Of a stretch of 64,000 nt of DNA, positions 10,213 to 21,415 are shown in pieces. The notes under the pieces were generated by a model, which was given only the letters and a program-made list of their open reading frames with translations, was not told where the DNA came from and made no database searches. A program made the position numbers and the translations under genes. The stretch's first letter is position 1. Every line of letters begins with the position of its first letter. This stretch comes from Cyanobacteriota bacterium (GTDB lineage: Bacteria > Cyanobacteriota > Cyanobacteriia > PCC-6307 > Cyanobiaceae). The DNA is taken from NCBI GenBank assembly GCA_046052125.1, contig JBJOMY010000001.1, positions 416,001 to 480,000 of the forward strand. Reading direction: 5' to 3'.

Positions 10213-13200
10213 ATGCCCCTCACCGCCCTGGTGCGCCAGCTGCAGCAGGCTTCGCTCACCAGCGAGGTGCTGCAGCGCTGCCAGCGTCCGGAGCGGTTGC
10301 GATTGAGTGGCGCAGGGCGCGGGGCCCGGGCCCTGGTGAGCAGTGCCCTGGCTGCAGCAGCCGGTGCACCACTGCTGGTGGTGGTGCCCACCCTGGAGGA
10401 GGCAGGCCGCTGGGCCGCTCTACTCGAGTTGATGGGCTGGAGCAGCGCTCAGCTGTATCCCACCAGCGAGGGCAGCCCCTACGAACCCTTTGATCCCACC
10501 AGCGAGATCACCTGGGGCCAGCTGCAGGTGCTCAGCGAATTGCTGGATCTGCCGAGCGATGGCGATGGCACTAGCCAGCGCCTGGCGATCGTGGCCACGG
10601 AGCGGGCGCTGCAACCCCACCTACCGCCGCCACCGGCCCTGAAGGCCCAATGCCAGAGCTTGCGCAAGGGCGACACGATCGATCTCGAGCAGCTGGGCGA
10701 GACCCTCACGCGCCTGGGCTACGAGCGCGTGTCGGCAATCGAGCAGGAGGGCAGCTGGAGTCGCCGCGGCGACATCGTGGATGTGTTCCCGGTGAGCGCC
10801 GAGCTGCCGGTGCGTCTGGAATTTTTTGGGGAGGAGCTGGAGAAGCTGCGGGAATTTGATCCCGCCAGCCAGCGCTCCCTCGACCCGATTGAGGTGGTGC
10901 GGCTCACCCCAAGCGGTTACGGGCCGCTGATCGCGGCAGCGCTGCGCGACGAGATGCCCGATGGGCTCGATCAGCTGCTGAGCCCGGAAGCGCTCGAGCA
11001 ATTGCTGGAAGGGGGCACACCAGAAGGCATGCGGCGGCTGATGGGCTTGGCCTGGAATGAGCCGGCCTCACTACTCAGCTACCTCCCTGCCAACACCCTG
11101 ATCGCCGTGGATGAACGGCGCCATTGCCTGGCCCACGGCCAGCAGTGGTTCGATCACGCCAGCGACCACCACAGCGAAGTGAGCGCCGAGCTGGGGGTAG
11201 AGCTGCCGGCGGTGCTGCATCGCCCGCCCGAGCAAGCCCTCGCCAGCACCGACGCCTTCGCCGGTTTCGACCTCGCCGAGCTGCATGAAAGCGACAGCCA
11301 CGGCAACAGCTTTGATCTGGCCAGCCGGCCCGTGCCGGCCTATCCGAACCAGTTCGGCAAGCTCGCTGAGCTGATCAAGGGCTTCCAACGCGAGAAGGCC
11401 AAGGTGTGGCTGCTCTCAGCCCAGCCCACCCGGGCGGTGGCGCTGCTGGAGGAACACGACTGCATCAGCCGCTTTGTGCCCAACCCGGGTGACATCGCCT
11501 CGATCGAGCGGCTGATCGAGCAGAACACGCCCGTGGCCCTCAAAACCAAGGGAACCGCCGAGCTCGAGGGATTGCAGTTGCCGGCCTGGAAGCTGGCGCT
11601 GATCACCGACCGGGAATTCTTCGGCCAGCAATCACTCACGGCTACGGGGTACGTGCGCCGGCGCCGCAAGGCCGCCAGCCGCACGGTGGATCCCAACAAG
11701 ATGCGCCCCGGCGATTTCGTGGTGCACCGCAACCACGGCATCGGCAAGTTCCTCAAACTCGAGAAGCTGGCGATCAGCGGTGAATCGCGCGACTACCTGG
11801 TGGTGCAGTACGCCGATGGTCTGCTGCGGGTGGCTGCCGATCAGCTGGGCAGCCTCGGCCGCTACCGCGCCACCACCGAGCAGCCGCCCGATCTCAACCG
11901 CATGGGCGGCACCGCCTGGAGCAAGGCCAAGGAGCGGGCCCGAAAGGCCGTGCGCAAGGTGGCGCTCGATCTTGTGAAGCTCTACGCCGAGCGCCATCAA
12001 GCCGCAGGCTTCTGCTTCCCCGCCGATGGCCCCTGGCAAAGCGAACTGGAGGAGTCGTTCCCCTACGAACCCACGCCTGATCAGATCAAGGCGATCGCCG
12101 ATGTGAAGCGCGACATGGAGAAGCCCCAGCCGATGGACCGGCTGGTGTGCGGCGATGTGGGCTTCGGCAAAACCGAAGTGGCGATCCGCGCCATCTTCAA
12201 GGCCGTTACCGCTGGCAAGCAGGTGGCGATGCTCGCGCCCACCACGGTGTTGGCACAGCAGCACTGGCGCTCGCTCTCAGAGCGCTTTGCGCCCTATCCG
12301 ATCAAGGTGAGCCTGCTCAACCGCTTCCGCACCGCCGGCGAACGCAAGGCGATCCAGGAGGGCCTGGTGGAAGGCACCGTGGATGTGGTGGTGGGCACCC
12401 ACCAACTGCTCGGCAAGAGCACCACGTTCAAAGAGCTGGGCCTGCTGGTGGTGGATGAAGAGCAGCGTTTCGGGGTGAACCAGAAGGAAAAGATCAAGGC
12501 CCTGCGCAAAGACGTCGACGTGTTGACGCTCTCGGCAACGCCGATCCCACGCACCCTCTACATGAGCCTCTCGGGTGTGCGTGAGATGAGCCTGATCACC
12601 ACGCCGCCGCCGCTGCGCCGTCCGATCAAAACTCACCTCGCCGCCCTCGACGAGGAAGCGGTGCGCAGTGCCATTCGCCAGGAACTCGATCGCGGCGGCC
12701 AGATCTTCTACGTGGTGCCGCGGGTCGAGGGCATTGAAGAAGTGGCCGAGCGGTTGCGGCTGATGATCCCGGGCCTGCGGCTGCTGGTGGCCCATGGCCA
12801 GATGGCCGAGGGCGAGCTGGAGAGCGCCATGGTGGCCTTCAACGCCGGCGAAGCCGATCTGATGCTCTGCACCACGATCGTGGAGAGCGGCCTCGACATC
12901 CCGCGCGTCAACACGATCCTGATCGAGGACGCCCAGAAATTCGGCCTGGCCCAGCTGTATCAACTGCGGGGCCGCGTGGGCCGCAGCGGCATCCAGGCCC
13001 ATGCCTGGCTGTTCTATCCCGGTGATGCCTCCTTGAGCGAGGCGGCCCGGCAACGGCTGCGGGCGATTCAGGAGTTCGCGCAACTCGGCAGCGGCTACCA
13101 GCTCGCCATGCGCGACATGGAGATTCGGGGTGTGGGCAACTTGCTGGGGGTGGAGCAGAGCGGTCAGATGGAAACCATCGGCTTCGACCTCTACATGGAG

Positions 13201-13785
13201 ATGCTCCAGGAATCACTCGCCGAGATCCAGGGTCAGGACATCCCAGCGGTGGACGACACCCAGATCGATCTACCGATCACCGCCTTCATCCCCGGCGACT
13301 GGATCGCCGACAACGACGAGAAGATGGCCGCATACCGCGCCGCGGCCGACTGCAACAGCCCGGATGCGCTGCTGCAGCTCGCCACCGACTGGGTGGATCG
13401 CTACGGCGCCATCCCCGCACCGGTGATCTCTCTGCTGCAACTGATGGAGCTGAAGCTGCTGGCCAAGCGCTGCGGCTTCTCGCGCATCAAACCGGAGAAA
13501 CCCAACATCGCCCTGGAAACGCCGATGGAGGAGCCCGCCTTCCGGCTGCTGCGACAGGGCCTGCCGCAGCACCTGCACGGCCGACTGGTGTTCCAGGCCG
13601 GCTCGGGCACCACCTCAAAAGTGCTGGCGCGGGGCCTCGGCGTGCTGCCGATGGAGAAGCAGGTGGAGGAGCTGATGACCTGGCTCAAGCAAATGGCGGA
13701 GCAAATCCCGGGTGCCGATGGCCTCACGGATGCCCAGCGCGCCGAGCAACTCAAGGCCAAGAACGAGGCTGTTCTGGCGCTCTGA
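10213..13785 (+). CDS. mfd: Transcription-repair coupling factor
   Basis: 1190 aa; UvrB-like module, [34 protein letters not shown]. Confidence 0.98.
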   Translation: MPLTALVRQLQQASLTSEVLQRCQRPERLRLSGAGRGARALVSSALAAAAGAPLLVVVPTLEEAGRWAALLELMGWSSAQLYPTSEGSPYEPFDPTSEITWGQLQVLSELLDLPSDGDGTSQRLAIVATERALQPHLPPPPALKAQCQSLRKGDTIDLEQLGETLTRLGYERVSAIEQEGSWSRRGDIVDVFPVSAELPVRLEFFGEELEKLREFDPASQRSLDPIEVVRLTPSGYGPLIAAALRDEMPDGLDQLLSPEALEQLLEGGTPEGMRRLMGLAWNEPASLLSYLPANTLIAVDERRHCLAHGQQWFDHASDHHSEVSAELGVELPAVLHRPPEQALASTDAFAGFDLAELHESDSHGNSFDLASRPVPAYPNQFGKLAELIKGFQREKAKVWLLSAQPTRAVALLEEHDCISRFVPNPGDIASIERLIEQNTPVALKTKGTAELEGLQLPAWKLALITDREFFGQQSLTATGYVRRRRKAASRTVDPNKMRPGDFVVHRNHGIGKFLKLEKLAISGESRDYLVVQYADGLLRVAADQLGSLGRYRATTEQPPDLNRMGGTAWSKAKERARKAVRKVALDLVKLYAERHQAAGFCFPADGPWQSELEESFPYEPTPDQIKAIADVKRDMEKPQPMDRLVCGDVGFGKTEVAIRAIFKAVTAGKQVAMLAPTTVLAQQHWRSLSERFAPYPIKVSLLNRFRTAGERKAIQEGLVEGTVDVVVGTHQLLGKSTTFKELGLLVVDEEQRFGVNQKEKIKALRKDVDVLTLSATPIPRTLYMSLSGVREMSLITTPPPLRRPIKTHLAALDEEAVRSAIRQELDRGGQIFYVVPRVEGIEEVAERLRLMIPGLRLLVAHGQMAEGELESAMVAFNAGEADLMLCTTIVESGLDIPRVNTILIEDAQKFGLAQLYQLRGRVGRSGIQAHAWLFYPGDASLSEAARQRLRAIQEFAQLGSGYQLAMRDMEIRGVGNLLGVEQSGQMETIGFDLYMEMLQESLAEIQGQDIPAVDDTQIDLPITAFIPGDWIADNDEKMAAYRAAADCNSPDALLQLATDWVDRYGAIPAPVISLLQLMELKLLAKRCGFSRIKPEKPNIALETPMEEPAFRLLRQGLPQHLHGRLVFQAGSGTTSKVLARGLGVLPMEKQVEELMTWLKQMAEQIPGADGLTDAQRAEQLKAKNEAVLAL

Positions 13786-13878
13786 GCCCTGAATGCGGCC
13801 CAACGCAAGCCAGGGAGAGCGCTCTCTCAGACGCGCAAAAGTCCGTTACAATTGTGAGAACTTCTGTAACGGGCTCTC

Positions 13879-14070
13879 ATGGGCGCTGGGCTGGGCGAGG
13901 TGATCGATCTGGGCACAGGCTTCGGTGGCGGTGGGCTCAGCCTGATCTCCTCCCTGGTGGGCCTGCTTGCCCTGGGTGTTTACGCGCTGCTTCAGGGCGA
14001 CACCGGCAACGACGACGACGACTCCACCCCAGGTGGTGGCTTGATGCAGCCCGTGGGCGGGGCCGCCTGA
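13879..14070 (+). CDS. Small membrane protein with acidic tail
   Basis: One TM helix followed by NDDDDSTPGGGLMQPV. Confidence 0.7.
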   Translation: MGAGLGEVIDLGTGFGGGGLSLISSLVGLLALGVYALLQGDTGNDDDDSTPGGGLMQPVGGAA

Positions 14071-14072
14071 GC

Positions 14073-15437
14073 TCAGCGGCTTGAGCCGGCCCCGCTCAGG
14101 GCCGCCGGCACATTGGCGCTTGAAGGGTTGTACAGCCGTGCCTTAGTGACGCCGTTGCTGCTCTTCACCTGCTTCAACAGGGTTGATTCAGCCACGCGGT
14201 ATTGGCTGTCCTTGCTGGAGCCAAGATCCTCCAGCCGTAGCTTCTGAGCCTCGGCTGGTGTGAGCTTCGAGCGCACATCCGGATCAATGCCGTGTTTGTG
14301 GATATCGCGGCCATTGGGGGTGAGGTATTTGGCGATGGTCACGGTCATGCCAGAGCCATCAGAAAGCCCCCGAACCGACTGAACCAACCCTTTTCCAAAG
14401 GTGGTCTCACCCACCACCACGGCACGATGATTGTCCTGCAAGGCGCCAGAGAGGATCTCACTGGCACTGGCTGAGCCGCCGTTCACCAGCACGACCAGCG
14501 GACGCTGCGTGAGTGCCCGGCCATTGGCCCGCTTCACATCCTGGATGCCTTCGCGGGTCTTGGTTGAAACAATCACACCCTCATCCATCCATTGGCGGGC
14601 AATGGTGACGCTGGCCATCAACAATCCACCCGGATTGCTGCGCAGGTCGAGAACGTAACCCTGCACGTTTTGGGCCTCAAGCTTCTTCAGCGCTTCCGCC
14701 ATGTCTTGAGCGGCATTGGCGTTGAACTGCTTCAGGCGGATGTAACCGACCTTGGTGCCGTCAGCGCTGGTGTTCACCTGGCTGTCCACCGCGTGCAGCT
14801 CGATGCGAGCGCGCACCAGTGGGGCTTCCACCAGCTTGCCGTCGCGGCGCAATTGCAGGTTCACCGTGGTGCCGGCCTGGCCGCGGATCAGCTTCACCGC
14901 GTCCTCGGTCGACATACCTTTGGTGCTCTTGCCGTCGATCGAAACGATCACATCCTTCGGCATCACACCAGCCCGTGAAGCCGGCGAGCCTTCGATCGGG
15001 CTCACCACCACCAACTCCTTGGTGTCCTTATCCAGGCTCAGCTGAATCCCAACCCCCGAGAGTTCCCCGGAGGTATCGATCTGCATCTCCTTGAACTCAC
15101 GCGGATCGAGGAATCGCGTGTAGGGATCATCCAGGCTGGCCAGCATGCCGCGGATCGCTTCGTAGCTCTCCTTGGTGCTGCCATAGGTTTTGGCCAACAC
15201 CTGACGCCGCAGGGTTCGCCACTTCTCCGGCGTGTATTTGCCGTTGATATCGAGATAGTCGCGGAAGACGATCTGCCAGGTCTGATCGATCACCTCCTTC
15301 GGGCTTTCGCTGATCAGCGAAGCCGCACTCGGGGCGAGCAGCGGGGGTAAGGCAATAGCACTAACAGCGCCGACACCCACCAGCAGCAACAGTCTCGATC
15401 CGCTCAACGCACCCCGAGTATCACCACGGCTGCCCAT
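14073..15437 (-). CDS. S41 C-terminal processing protease (CtpA/Prc family)
   Basis: LDDPYTRF, PDZ domain, DLRSNPGG, SASASE, FGKGLVQ. Confidence 0.93.
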   Translation of the reverse strand: MGSRGDTRGALSGSRLLLLVGVGAVSAIALPPLLAPSAASLISESPKEVIDQTWQIVFRDYLDINGKYTPEKWRTLRRQVLAKTYGSTKESYEAIRGMLASLDDPYTRFLDPREFKEMQIDTSGELSGVGIQLSLDKDTKELVVVSPIEGSPASRAGVMPKDVIVSIDGKSTKGMSTEDAVKLIRGQAGTTVNLQLRRDGKLVEAPLVRARIELHAVDSQVNTSADGTKVGYIRLKQFNANAAQDMAEALKKLEAQNVQGYVLDLRSNPGGLLMASVTIARQWMDEGVIVSTKTREGIQDVKRANGRALTQRPLVVLVNGGSASASEILSGALQDNHRAVVVGETTFGKGLVQSVRGLSDGSGMTVTIAKYLTPNGRDIHKHGIDPDVRSKLTPAEAQKLRLEDLGSSKDSQYRVAESTLLKQVKSSNGVTKARLYNPSSANVPAALSGAGSSR

Positions 15438-15520
15438 TTAGCGAGCTCCTCAGCCCTTGCAGTGAACACAAGCTAGCCCCTGAAACAGGACTGAGGGAGG
15501 AGGGAAAACCGCAGAAACGC

Positions 15521-16747
15521 TCAGGGATCCACCCAGCGCCCGTCGTCCTTGATCAGGGCGATCAGGGCATCCACGCCCTCAGCCTCAGGCACGCGGCGGA
15601 TCTCCTCACGACCGCGGTACAGGGAGATCACGCCTGGGGTTTTGCCCACGTAGCCGTAGTCGGCATCAGCCATCTCGCCAGGGCCATTCACGATGCACCC
15701 CATCACGGCGATGTCGAGACCGGTGAGGTGAGCGGTGGCACTGCGCACCTTGTGGAGCACTTCCTCCAGGTTGAAGAGGGTGCGGCCGCAGCTGGGGCAG
15801 CTCACGTACTCCACCATCGTTTTGCGGAGTCCCAGCGCCTGAAGGATCGCGTAGCAAACCGGGATCTCCTTCTCCGGCGCTTCGGTGAGCGAGACGCGGA
15901 TGGTGTCGCCCAGCCCTTCGCTCAACAGGGTGGCGATGCCTGCGGTGCTCTTGATCCGGCCGTAATCACCATCACCGGCTTCGGTGACCCCTAGGTGCAG
16001 GGGGTAATGGAAGCCTTCGGCATCCATCCGGTCGGCCATCATCCGGTAGGCGGCCAGCATCACCGGCGCCCGCGACGCCTTCATCGAAATCACGATGTTG
16101 TGGAAGTCGAGGCGGTCGCAGATGCGGATGAATTCCAGGGCGCTTTCCACCATTCCCAGGGGCGTGTCGCCGTAACGGAACAGCATCCGCTCGGCCAGAG
16201 AGCCATGGTTCACGCCGATGCGCAGCGCCTTGTCCTGCTCCTTGAGCAGCTTCACCAACGGTTCGAAGGTTTCGGTGATGCGATCGCCGATCGCCGCGAT
16301 CTCCGCATCGGAAAACTCCGTGCGGTTGGGATCGGGCTTATCAAACACAAACAAGCCTGGGTTGATGCGCACCTTGTCCACGTGCTGCGCCACTTCCAGG
16401 GCGATCTTCATGCCGTTGTGGTGCACATCGGCCACCAGCGGCACCGGCTTGTAGGTACTTTCCAGGCGCTGGCGGATCTCACCCATGGCCTTGGCATGGG
16501 CCAGCGACGGCACCGTGACCCGCACGATCTCGCAGCCAGCTTCATGGAGGCGGCGAATCCCGGCGGTGGCACCCTCAATATCCAGGGTGTCTTCGTTGAT
16601 CATCGACTGCACCACCACCGGGTGGTCGCTGCCCATCCAGATGTCGCCCACCCGCACGCTTCGGGTCTTGCGACGCCGGATCACCGTGTCGTAGCGGGAG
16701 TTCAGCGCGTCCTCGGTTGCCGGAGCAGAGGCCAGGGAAGCTGTCAT
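15521..16747 (-). CDS. ispG: (E)-4-hydroxy-3-methylbut-2-enyl-diphosphate synthase
   Basis: [39 protein letters not shown]. Confidence 0.97.
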   Translation of the reverse strand: MTASLASAPATEDALNSRYDTVIRRRKTRSVRVGDIWMGSDHPVVVQSMINEDTLDIEGATAGIRRLHEAGCEIVRVTVPSLAHAKAMGEIRQRLESTYKPVPLVADVHHNGMKIALEVAQHVDKVRINPGLFVFDKPDPNRTEFSDAEIAAIGDRITETFEPLVKLLKEQDKALRIGVNHGSLAERMLFRYGDTPLGMVESALEFIRICDRLDFHNIVISMKASRAPVMLAAYRMMADRMDAEGFHYPLHLGVTEAGDGDYGRIKSTAGIATLLSEGLGDTIRVSLTEAPEKEIPVCYAILQALGLRKTMVEYVSCPSCGRTLFNLEEVLHKVRSATAHLTGLDIAVMGCIVNGPGEMADADYGYVGKTPGVISLYRGREEIRRVPEAEGVDALIALIKDDGRWVDP

Positions 16748-16790
16748 GGCAGCGGCGAGGGCAGGGGCCGAAAGATGTGGCGCAAGCCTG

Positions 16791-17432
16791 TCACAGCGGA
16801 GCGTTCAATTGGGCCAGGCGCCGTTGCACATCCTGCAGGTCGTGCCAAGTGAGCCATTTGGGTGAGCCCCGCTCCTTGGAGGCATTGCGCAACAGATACG
16901 AGGGATGGAAGATCGGCATCAGCCAGCGACCCTCGAGGCTGCCGCCCTCACCGCGGCGCCACTGGCCGCGCAGCTTGGTGATGCCGCCCTTGATGCCTAA
17001 CAGACCTTCCACGGCGGTGGCCCCAGCCAGCAGGATCACGGCTGGATTCACCAGCTGAATCTGCTGATCGAGCCACGGTCTGCAGGCCGCCATCTCCAGA
17101 GCCGTGGGTTTGCGATTCTCCGGCGGCCGGCACTTCACGATGTTGCACACGTAGGCATCGCGGTTGCTGTCGATCCCCACGCTCTCGAGCATCCGATCGA
17201 GCAGTTGGCCGGAGCGCCCCACGAAGGGCTTGCCCTGCTCGTCCTCCTGAGCACCCGGGCCTTCACCGAGCACCATCAGAGGAGCCTTTGGGTTGCCGCG
17301 GCTCACCACCACGTTGAGGCGGGTAGCGCCGAGACCACACCGCCTGCAGCCGTCACAGGCCTCGGCCAAGCCAACCAACTCCTGCTCCAGATCAGGCGCA
17401 GCAGCGCTGGGGATGGAAGGAAGCAAGCTCAT
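16791..17432 (-). CDS. Family 4 uracil-DNA glycosylase
   Basis: CxxCxxC Fe-S motif, [24 protein letters not shown]. Confidence 0.93.
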   Translation of the reverse strand: MSLLPSIPSAAAPDLEQELVGLAEACDGCRRCGLGATRLNVVVSRGNPKAPLMVLGEGPGAQEDEQGKPFVGRSGQLLDRMLESVGIDSNRDAYVCNIVKCRPPENRKPTALEMAACRPWLDQQIQLVNPAVILLAGATAVEGLLGIKGGITKLRGQWRRGEGGSLEGRWLMPIFHPSYLLRNASKERGSPKWLTWHDLQDVQRRLAQLNAPL

Positions 17433-17442
17433 GGCGGCGACT

Positions 17443-17844
17443 TTATGAATCGCGGACCAGCAACAGCAGAGCGTTGTCCTCCGGATCCAGCAGCCACACC
17501 TCTGAACCGAACGATTCCTGGCGGGGCGCATCGAGCCGCTGGGCGCCAAGGCCGATGGCCTGCTCCATCCAGTCCGCCAGCACCGCCGCATCGCCATTGC
17601 GACGCAGACACACCGCCAGGCGGCCGCGCTGGCGCGGCTGGGGCCGGCTGCGGCTGGGTTGATACACCTCCAACCAGCCCGCGGCGGGCAGGGCCACGCG
17701 CCAGTGGCGGCTACTCAAACCAGGCTGGAGCGGCTGATCCACCAGGGCGGCATAGAAACCGGCCAGGGCCTGGGCGTCATCGGCGGCCAGCACCAGCGCG
17801 GCTTCAGGGGGAGAGATCAAGTTGAAGCGATCGATGATGGCCAC
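17443..17844 (-). CDS. VOC/glyoxalase family protein
   Basis: LAGFYAAL..ESFG..LDPEDNALLL glyoxalase-like pattern. Confidence 0.8.
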   Translation of the reverse strand: MAIIDRFNLISPPEAALVLAADDAQALAGFYAALVDQPLQPGLSSRHWRVALPAAGWLEVYQPSRSRPQPRQRGRLAVCLRRNGDAAVLADWMEQAIGLGAQRLDAPRQESFGSEVWLLDPEDNALLLLVRDS

Positions 17845-17959
17845 TCGCCCGTGGTAGCAGGACCGGCGCGCTGATCACCAGAGCACCAGAGTTCCAGGCC
17901 AAAGAGTGTGCACTGAACGAATCGCGGGATAGGGAATACGGCAGGATGAACACCACACC

Positions 17960-17987
17960 GGCAAAGCCTCAGGGCGATGCCTTTTTT
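17960..17987 (+). terminator. Terminator-like hairpin just upstream of aspC
   Basis: GGCA-aa-GCC-tcag-GGC-ga-TGCC followed by T6. Confidence 0.55.
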
Positions 17988-18001
17988 ATGTCGCTGCGCC
18001 G

Positions 18002-19195
18002 ATGCTGCGCCCGCCCTCTCAGCGCCCATTGACGCTGTCCGCCCGGGCCGAGGCTCTTCAGCCTTCCCTCACCCTGGCCATCGCCGCCAAAGCCAAGGCG
18101 CTGAAGGCCGAAGGCCACGACATCTGCAGCCTCAGCGCCGGCGAGCCCGACTTCGATACCCCAGCCTTCATCTGCGAGGCGGCCGCAGAAGCTCTGCGCA
18201 GCGGCCACACCCGCTACGGCCCGGCTGCCGGTGAACCGGCTCTACGGGAGGCGATCGCCGCCAAGCTCAGCCGTGAAAACCAGGTGCCCACCCGCACGGA
18301 GCAGGTGCTGGTGACCAATGGCGGCAAACAGGCGCTCTACAACCTCTTCCAGGTGCTGCTCGGCCCGGGCGATGAATTGCTGCTGCCCGCGCCCTACTGG
18401 TTGAGCTACCCGGAAATCGCTCAGCTGGCCGGCGCTTCCGTGCGGATCCTGCCGAGCGCCGCTGCCGATGGCTTCCGCCTCGACCCGGCCCAGCTGGAGG
18501 CGGCCATCAGCCCGGCCAGCAAGCTGCTCGTGCTCAATAGCCCCAGCAATCCCACGGGCATGGTGCTGAGCCGCGCGGAGCTCGAAGCCATCGCTGCTGT
18601 TCTGCGCCGCCATCCCCAGGTGGCGGTGGTCTGCGATGAGATCTACGAGTTTCTGTTGGCCCCAGGCCACCAGCACCACAGCCTGGCGGCGGTGGCTCCA
18701 GATCTGGCGGATCGGATCTTCAGCGTGAACGGCTTTGCCAAGGGTTGGGCGATGACGGGCTGGCGCATCGGCTGGCTGGCTGGCAATAGCGAGGTGGTGA
18801 AGGCCGCAATCGCCCTGCAGAGCCAGAGCACTAGCAATGTGTGCAGCTTCGCCCAGTTCGGCGCCCTCGCAGCGATCGAGGCCTCCCGCGACTGCGTGCA
18901 AGCCATGGCCAGCTGTTTCAACGAACGGCGCCAGCTGCTCAGCGACGGACTTCAGGCCATCGCCGGACTGCAGCTGCTGCCGCCGGAAGGTGCGTTTTAC
19001 GCCTTCCCCGATGTGAGCAGCACGGGCCTCGACTCGATGACCTTCTGCAATCGCCTGCTCGATGAGCAGGGCCTGGCCGTGGTGCCGGGTGTGGCCTTCG
19101 GCGATGACCACTGCATTCGTCTGTCGTGCGCTGCAGGCAACGCCACCATCGAAGACGGGCTCGCCCGGCTGGAGCGCTTCATTACCAGCCTTTAA
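18002..19195 (+). CDS. aspC: PLP-dependent aspartate aminotransferase (class I)
   Basis: AGEPDF, NSPSNPTG, DEIY, FAKGWAMTGWRIG. Confidence 0.9.
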   Translation: MLRPPSQRPLTLSARAEALQPSLTLAIAAKAKALKAEGHDICSLSAGEPDFDTPAFICEAAAEALRSGHTRYGPAAGEPALREAIAAKLSRENQVPTRTEQVLVTNGGKQALYNLFQVLLGPGDELLLPAPYWLSYPEIAQLAGASVRILPSAAADGFRLDPAQLEAAISPASKLLVLNSPSNPTGMVLSRAELEAIAAVLRRHPQVAVVCDEIYEFLLAPGHQHHSLAAVAPDLADRIFSVNGFAKGWAMTGWRIGWLAGNSEVVKAAIALQSQSTSNVCSFAQFGALAAIEASRDCVQAMASCFNERRQLLSDGLQAIAGLQLLPPEGAFYAFPDVSSTGLDSMTFCNRLLDEQGLAVVPGVAFGDDHCIRLSCAAGNATIEDGLARLERFITSL

Positions 19196-19255
19196 TCAGC
19201 GTTGCTGCCGGAGAATCGGGCCGCACCTTCGTGGCGGACCTCTCCGCAGCGCAGC

Positions 19256-20215
19256 ATGTTCAGCCTTCTCCCCCGCGGCCGAGAACGTTCGGCCGCCGTG
19301 CTGGCCGGCCTCAGCCTGGCCCTCACTCCGGCGGCCCTTCCTGTTGTTGCGCCGGCGTTGCAGCCCCTGCCGGCAGCCCAGGCCCAGCAGAGCAACAAAC
19401 CGGTGCTGCGCATCGGCGCCATCCCCGATCAGAAGCCTGAGAAGCTGAACCGGCTCTACGGACTGGTGGCCAACGAGCTGAGCAAGCAGCTCGGCGTGCC
19501 GGTGCAGTACCTGCCCGTGACCAATTACGCCGCAGCGGTGAGCGCCTTCCGCACCGGCAACCTCGATCTCGTGTGGTTCGGCGGCCTCACCGGCGTGCAG
19601 GCCCGTCTCCAGAAACCCGGCGCCCAGGTGCTGGCGCAGCGGGACATCGACGCCTCCTTCCACACCATCTTCATCGCCAACACCAAGAGCGGTCTCAAGC
19701 CCGTCACCAACGTGAAGGGCTTGAGCGAGCTGAAGGGCAAGCGCTTCACCTTCGGCTCCGACAGCTCCACCTCAGGCCGGTTGATGCCGGAATACTTCCT
19801 CGGCCAGGCGGGTGTGAAGCCGTCCCAGTTCGCCGGCGGTGCGGCGGGCTTCAGCGGCAGCCATGACGCCACCATCGCCCTGGTGCAGAGCGGCGCCTAT
19901 GACGCCGGCGCCGTGAATGAACAGGTGTGGCGCTCCAGCCTTCACGACGGCAAAGCCAACCGCTCCAAGGTGATGGCGATCTGGAAGACCCCGGGCTACC
20001 CCGACTACCACTGGATCGCTCAGCCCAACCTCGATAAGCGCTTCGGCAAAGGCTTCACCGGTCGGATCCAGAAGGCGATCCTCAGCTGGCGGCCCAGCAA
20101 CCCCGAACAGAAGCAGATCCTGAGCCTGTTCGGAGCCCAGCAGTTCACCACGGCCAACGCCAACGCCTACGGCCGGATCGAACAGGTGGGTCGTCAGATC
20201 GGGAAAATCCGCTGA
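19256..20215 (+). CDS. phnD: PhnD-like ABC substrate-binding protein (phosphate/phosphite/phosphonate)
   Basis: Signal peptide, IPDQ, GGLTGVQAR, SSTSGRLMP, FSGSHDAT; upstream of an ATPase and permease. Confidence 0.88.
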   Translation: MFSLLPRGRERSAAVLAGLSLALTPAALPVVAPALQPLPAAQAQQSNKPVLRIGAIPDQKPEKLNRLYGLVANELSKQLGVPVQYLPVTNYAAAVSAFRTGNLDLVWFGGLTGVQARLQKPGAQVLAQRDIDASFHTIFIANTKSGLKPVTNVKGLSELKGKRFTFGSDSSTSGRLMPEYFLGQAGVKPSQFAGGAAGFSGSHDATIALVQSGAYDAGAVNEQVWRSSLHDGKANRSKVMAIWKTPGYPDYHWIAQPNLDKRFGKGFTGRIQKAILSWRPSNPEQKQILSLFGAQQFTTANANAYGRIEQVGRQIGKIR

Positions 20216-20279
20216 TCGCGGGCCTTCAGACGCAGCAGGCAGCAGAATCGGGAGGCAACAAGCGCTGGCGCTTCTCCCG

Positions 20280-20507
20280 ATGACGCTGCTGCTCGATCTG
20301 GTGCTGGTGGTGGCAGGGCTGCTGCTCTGGCAGCGGAGTTGCAGCGAGGGTGATGACGTGTGGGTGCTGTTTCTGCGCTCCCTGGCGGTGATCGATCTCG
20401 CCGTGATCGCCCTCGGCAACGGGGTGCTGTGGCTCGAGATTCCGCTGCTGGTGTTGGCCCTCACCCTGCCATCGGTAAAACGCATCGATGCGGAGGAACG
20501 GCGCTAA
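20280..20507 (+). CDS. Small membrane protein (75 aa)
   Basis: Highly hydrophobic ORF between phnD and phnC on the same strand. Confidence 0.6.
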   Translation: MTLLLDLVLVVAGLLLWQRSCSEGDDVWVLFLRSLAVIDLAVIALGNGVLWLEIPLLVLALTLPSVKRIDAEERR

Positions 20508-20593
20508 TGAATCCCCGCGGGCCTGACATCATCGAGCTGATGCTGGTGGGGCTAATCCTGGCGTTGATGGCCTTCCGCTTCAGCACGCTCTGA
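20507..20593 (+). CDS. Putative 28-aa single-TM micropeptide
   Basis: TAATG overlap with the previous ORF; MNPRGPDIIELMLVGLILALMAFRFSTL. Confidence 0.45.
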   Translation: MNPRGPDIIELMLVGLILALMAFRFSTL

Positions 20594-20626
20594 GCCAGTT
20601 CCGGCCGGCAGGCACAGTGGGATGCC

Positions 20627-21415
20627 ATGGCGGCACCCTCACGTCCCGGCTTTGGTGAAGGCGGTAGCCCCGTACTGGAGCTGCGTGTCATCCATGTGCC
20701 TGGCCGCCAGCAGCCCCGCCTCGATGGGATCTCACTGCGGCTTAAGGCTGGTGAGCGCGTGGCGCTGCTGGGGGCCAGCGGCGCGGGCAAAAGCACGCTG
20801 CTGGCAGTGGCCAATGGCCTGCTGCAGCCCGAGCATGGCGAGGTGCTCTGGGGCGGTGAACCAATGGCACACCGGCGGCGTTCGCGGCGGCGGCAGCAGG
20901 CCCGGATCGGCACCCTGTGGCAAGACCTGCGCCTGATCGAAGAACTCAGCGTGCAGCAGAACCTCAACAGCGGTCGGCTGGCCAGCTGGGGCTGGCCCAG
21001 GGCGCTGCTCAACCTGCTGCTGCCGCTGGAGAGCGAAGCCTGCTCCCAGGCCCTGCGCCAGGTGGATCTTGATCCTCAGCTGCTGAATCAACCCGTTGGA
21101 GAGCTGTCGGGCGGACAACGGCAGCGCGTGGCCATCGCCCGCCTGCTGCGCCAGCAACCAGAGCTGCTGCTGGCCGACGAGCCTTTGGCAAGCCTCGACC
21201 CACGCCTGGTGAGGGATCTGCTGGAGCTGCTGCTGGAGCAGGGCAGGGCACCACGGGCCCTGCTGCTGAGCCTGCACCGCCCGGATCTGCTGGATGGATT
21301 TGATCGAGTGATCGGTCTGCGCCAGGGCCGCCTTTGCTTCGATCGAGGGATCCAGGAGCTGAGCAGCAGCGAGGTGGAGGCTCTGTATGCCGGCCTTCAA
21401 CCGGTGCCGGCCTGA
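20627..21415 (+). CDS. phnC: PhnC-like ABC ATPase
   Basis: GASGAGKS, LSGGQRQRV, LLADEPLASLDP. Confidence 0.85.
   Translation: MAAPSRPGFGEGGSPVLELRVIHVPGRQQPRLDGISLRLKAGERVALLGASGAGKSTLLAVANGLLQPEHGEVLWGGEPMAHRRRSRRRQQARIGTLWQDLRLIEELSVQQNLNSGRLASWGWPRALLNLLLPLESEACSQALRQVDLDPQLLNQPVGELSGGQRQRVAIARLLRQQPELLLADEPLASLDPRLVRDLLELLLEQGRAPRALLLSLHRPDLLDGFDRVIGLRQGRLCFDRGIQELSSSEVEALYAGLQPVPA

Noticed and set aside
17960..17981. c-di-GMP-I riboswitch (GCAAAGCC)
   Set aside because: Only a short word matches; the GNRA-capped P2 hairpin and its receptor are missing.
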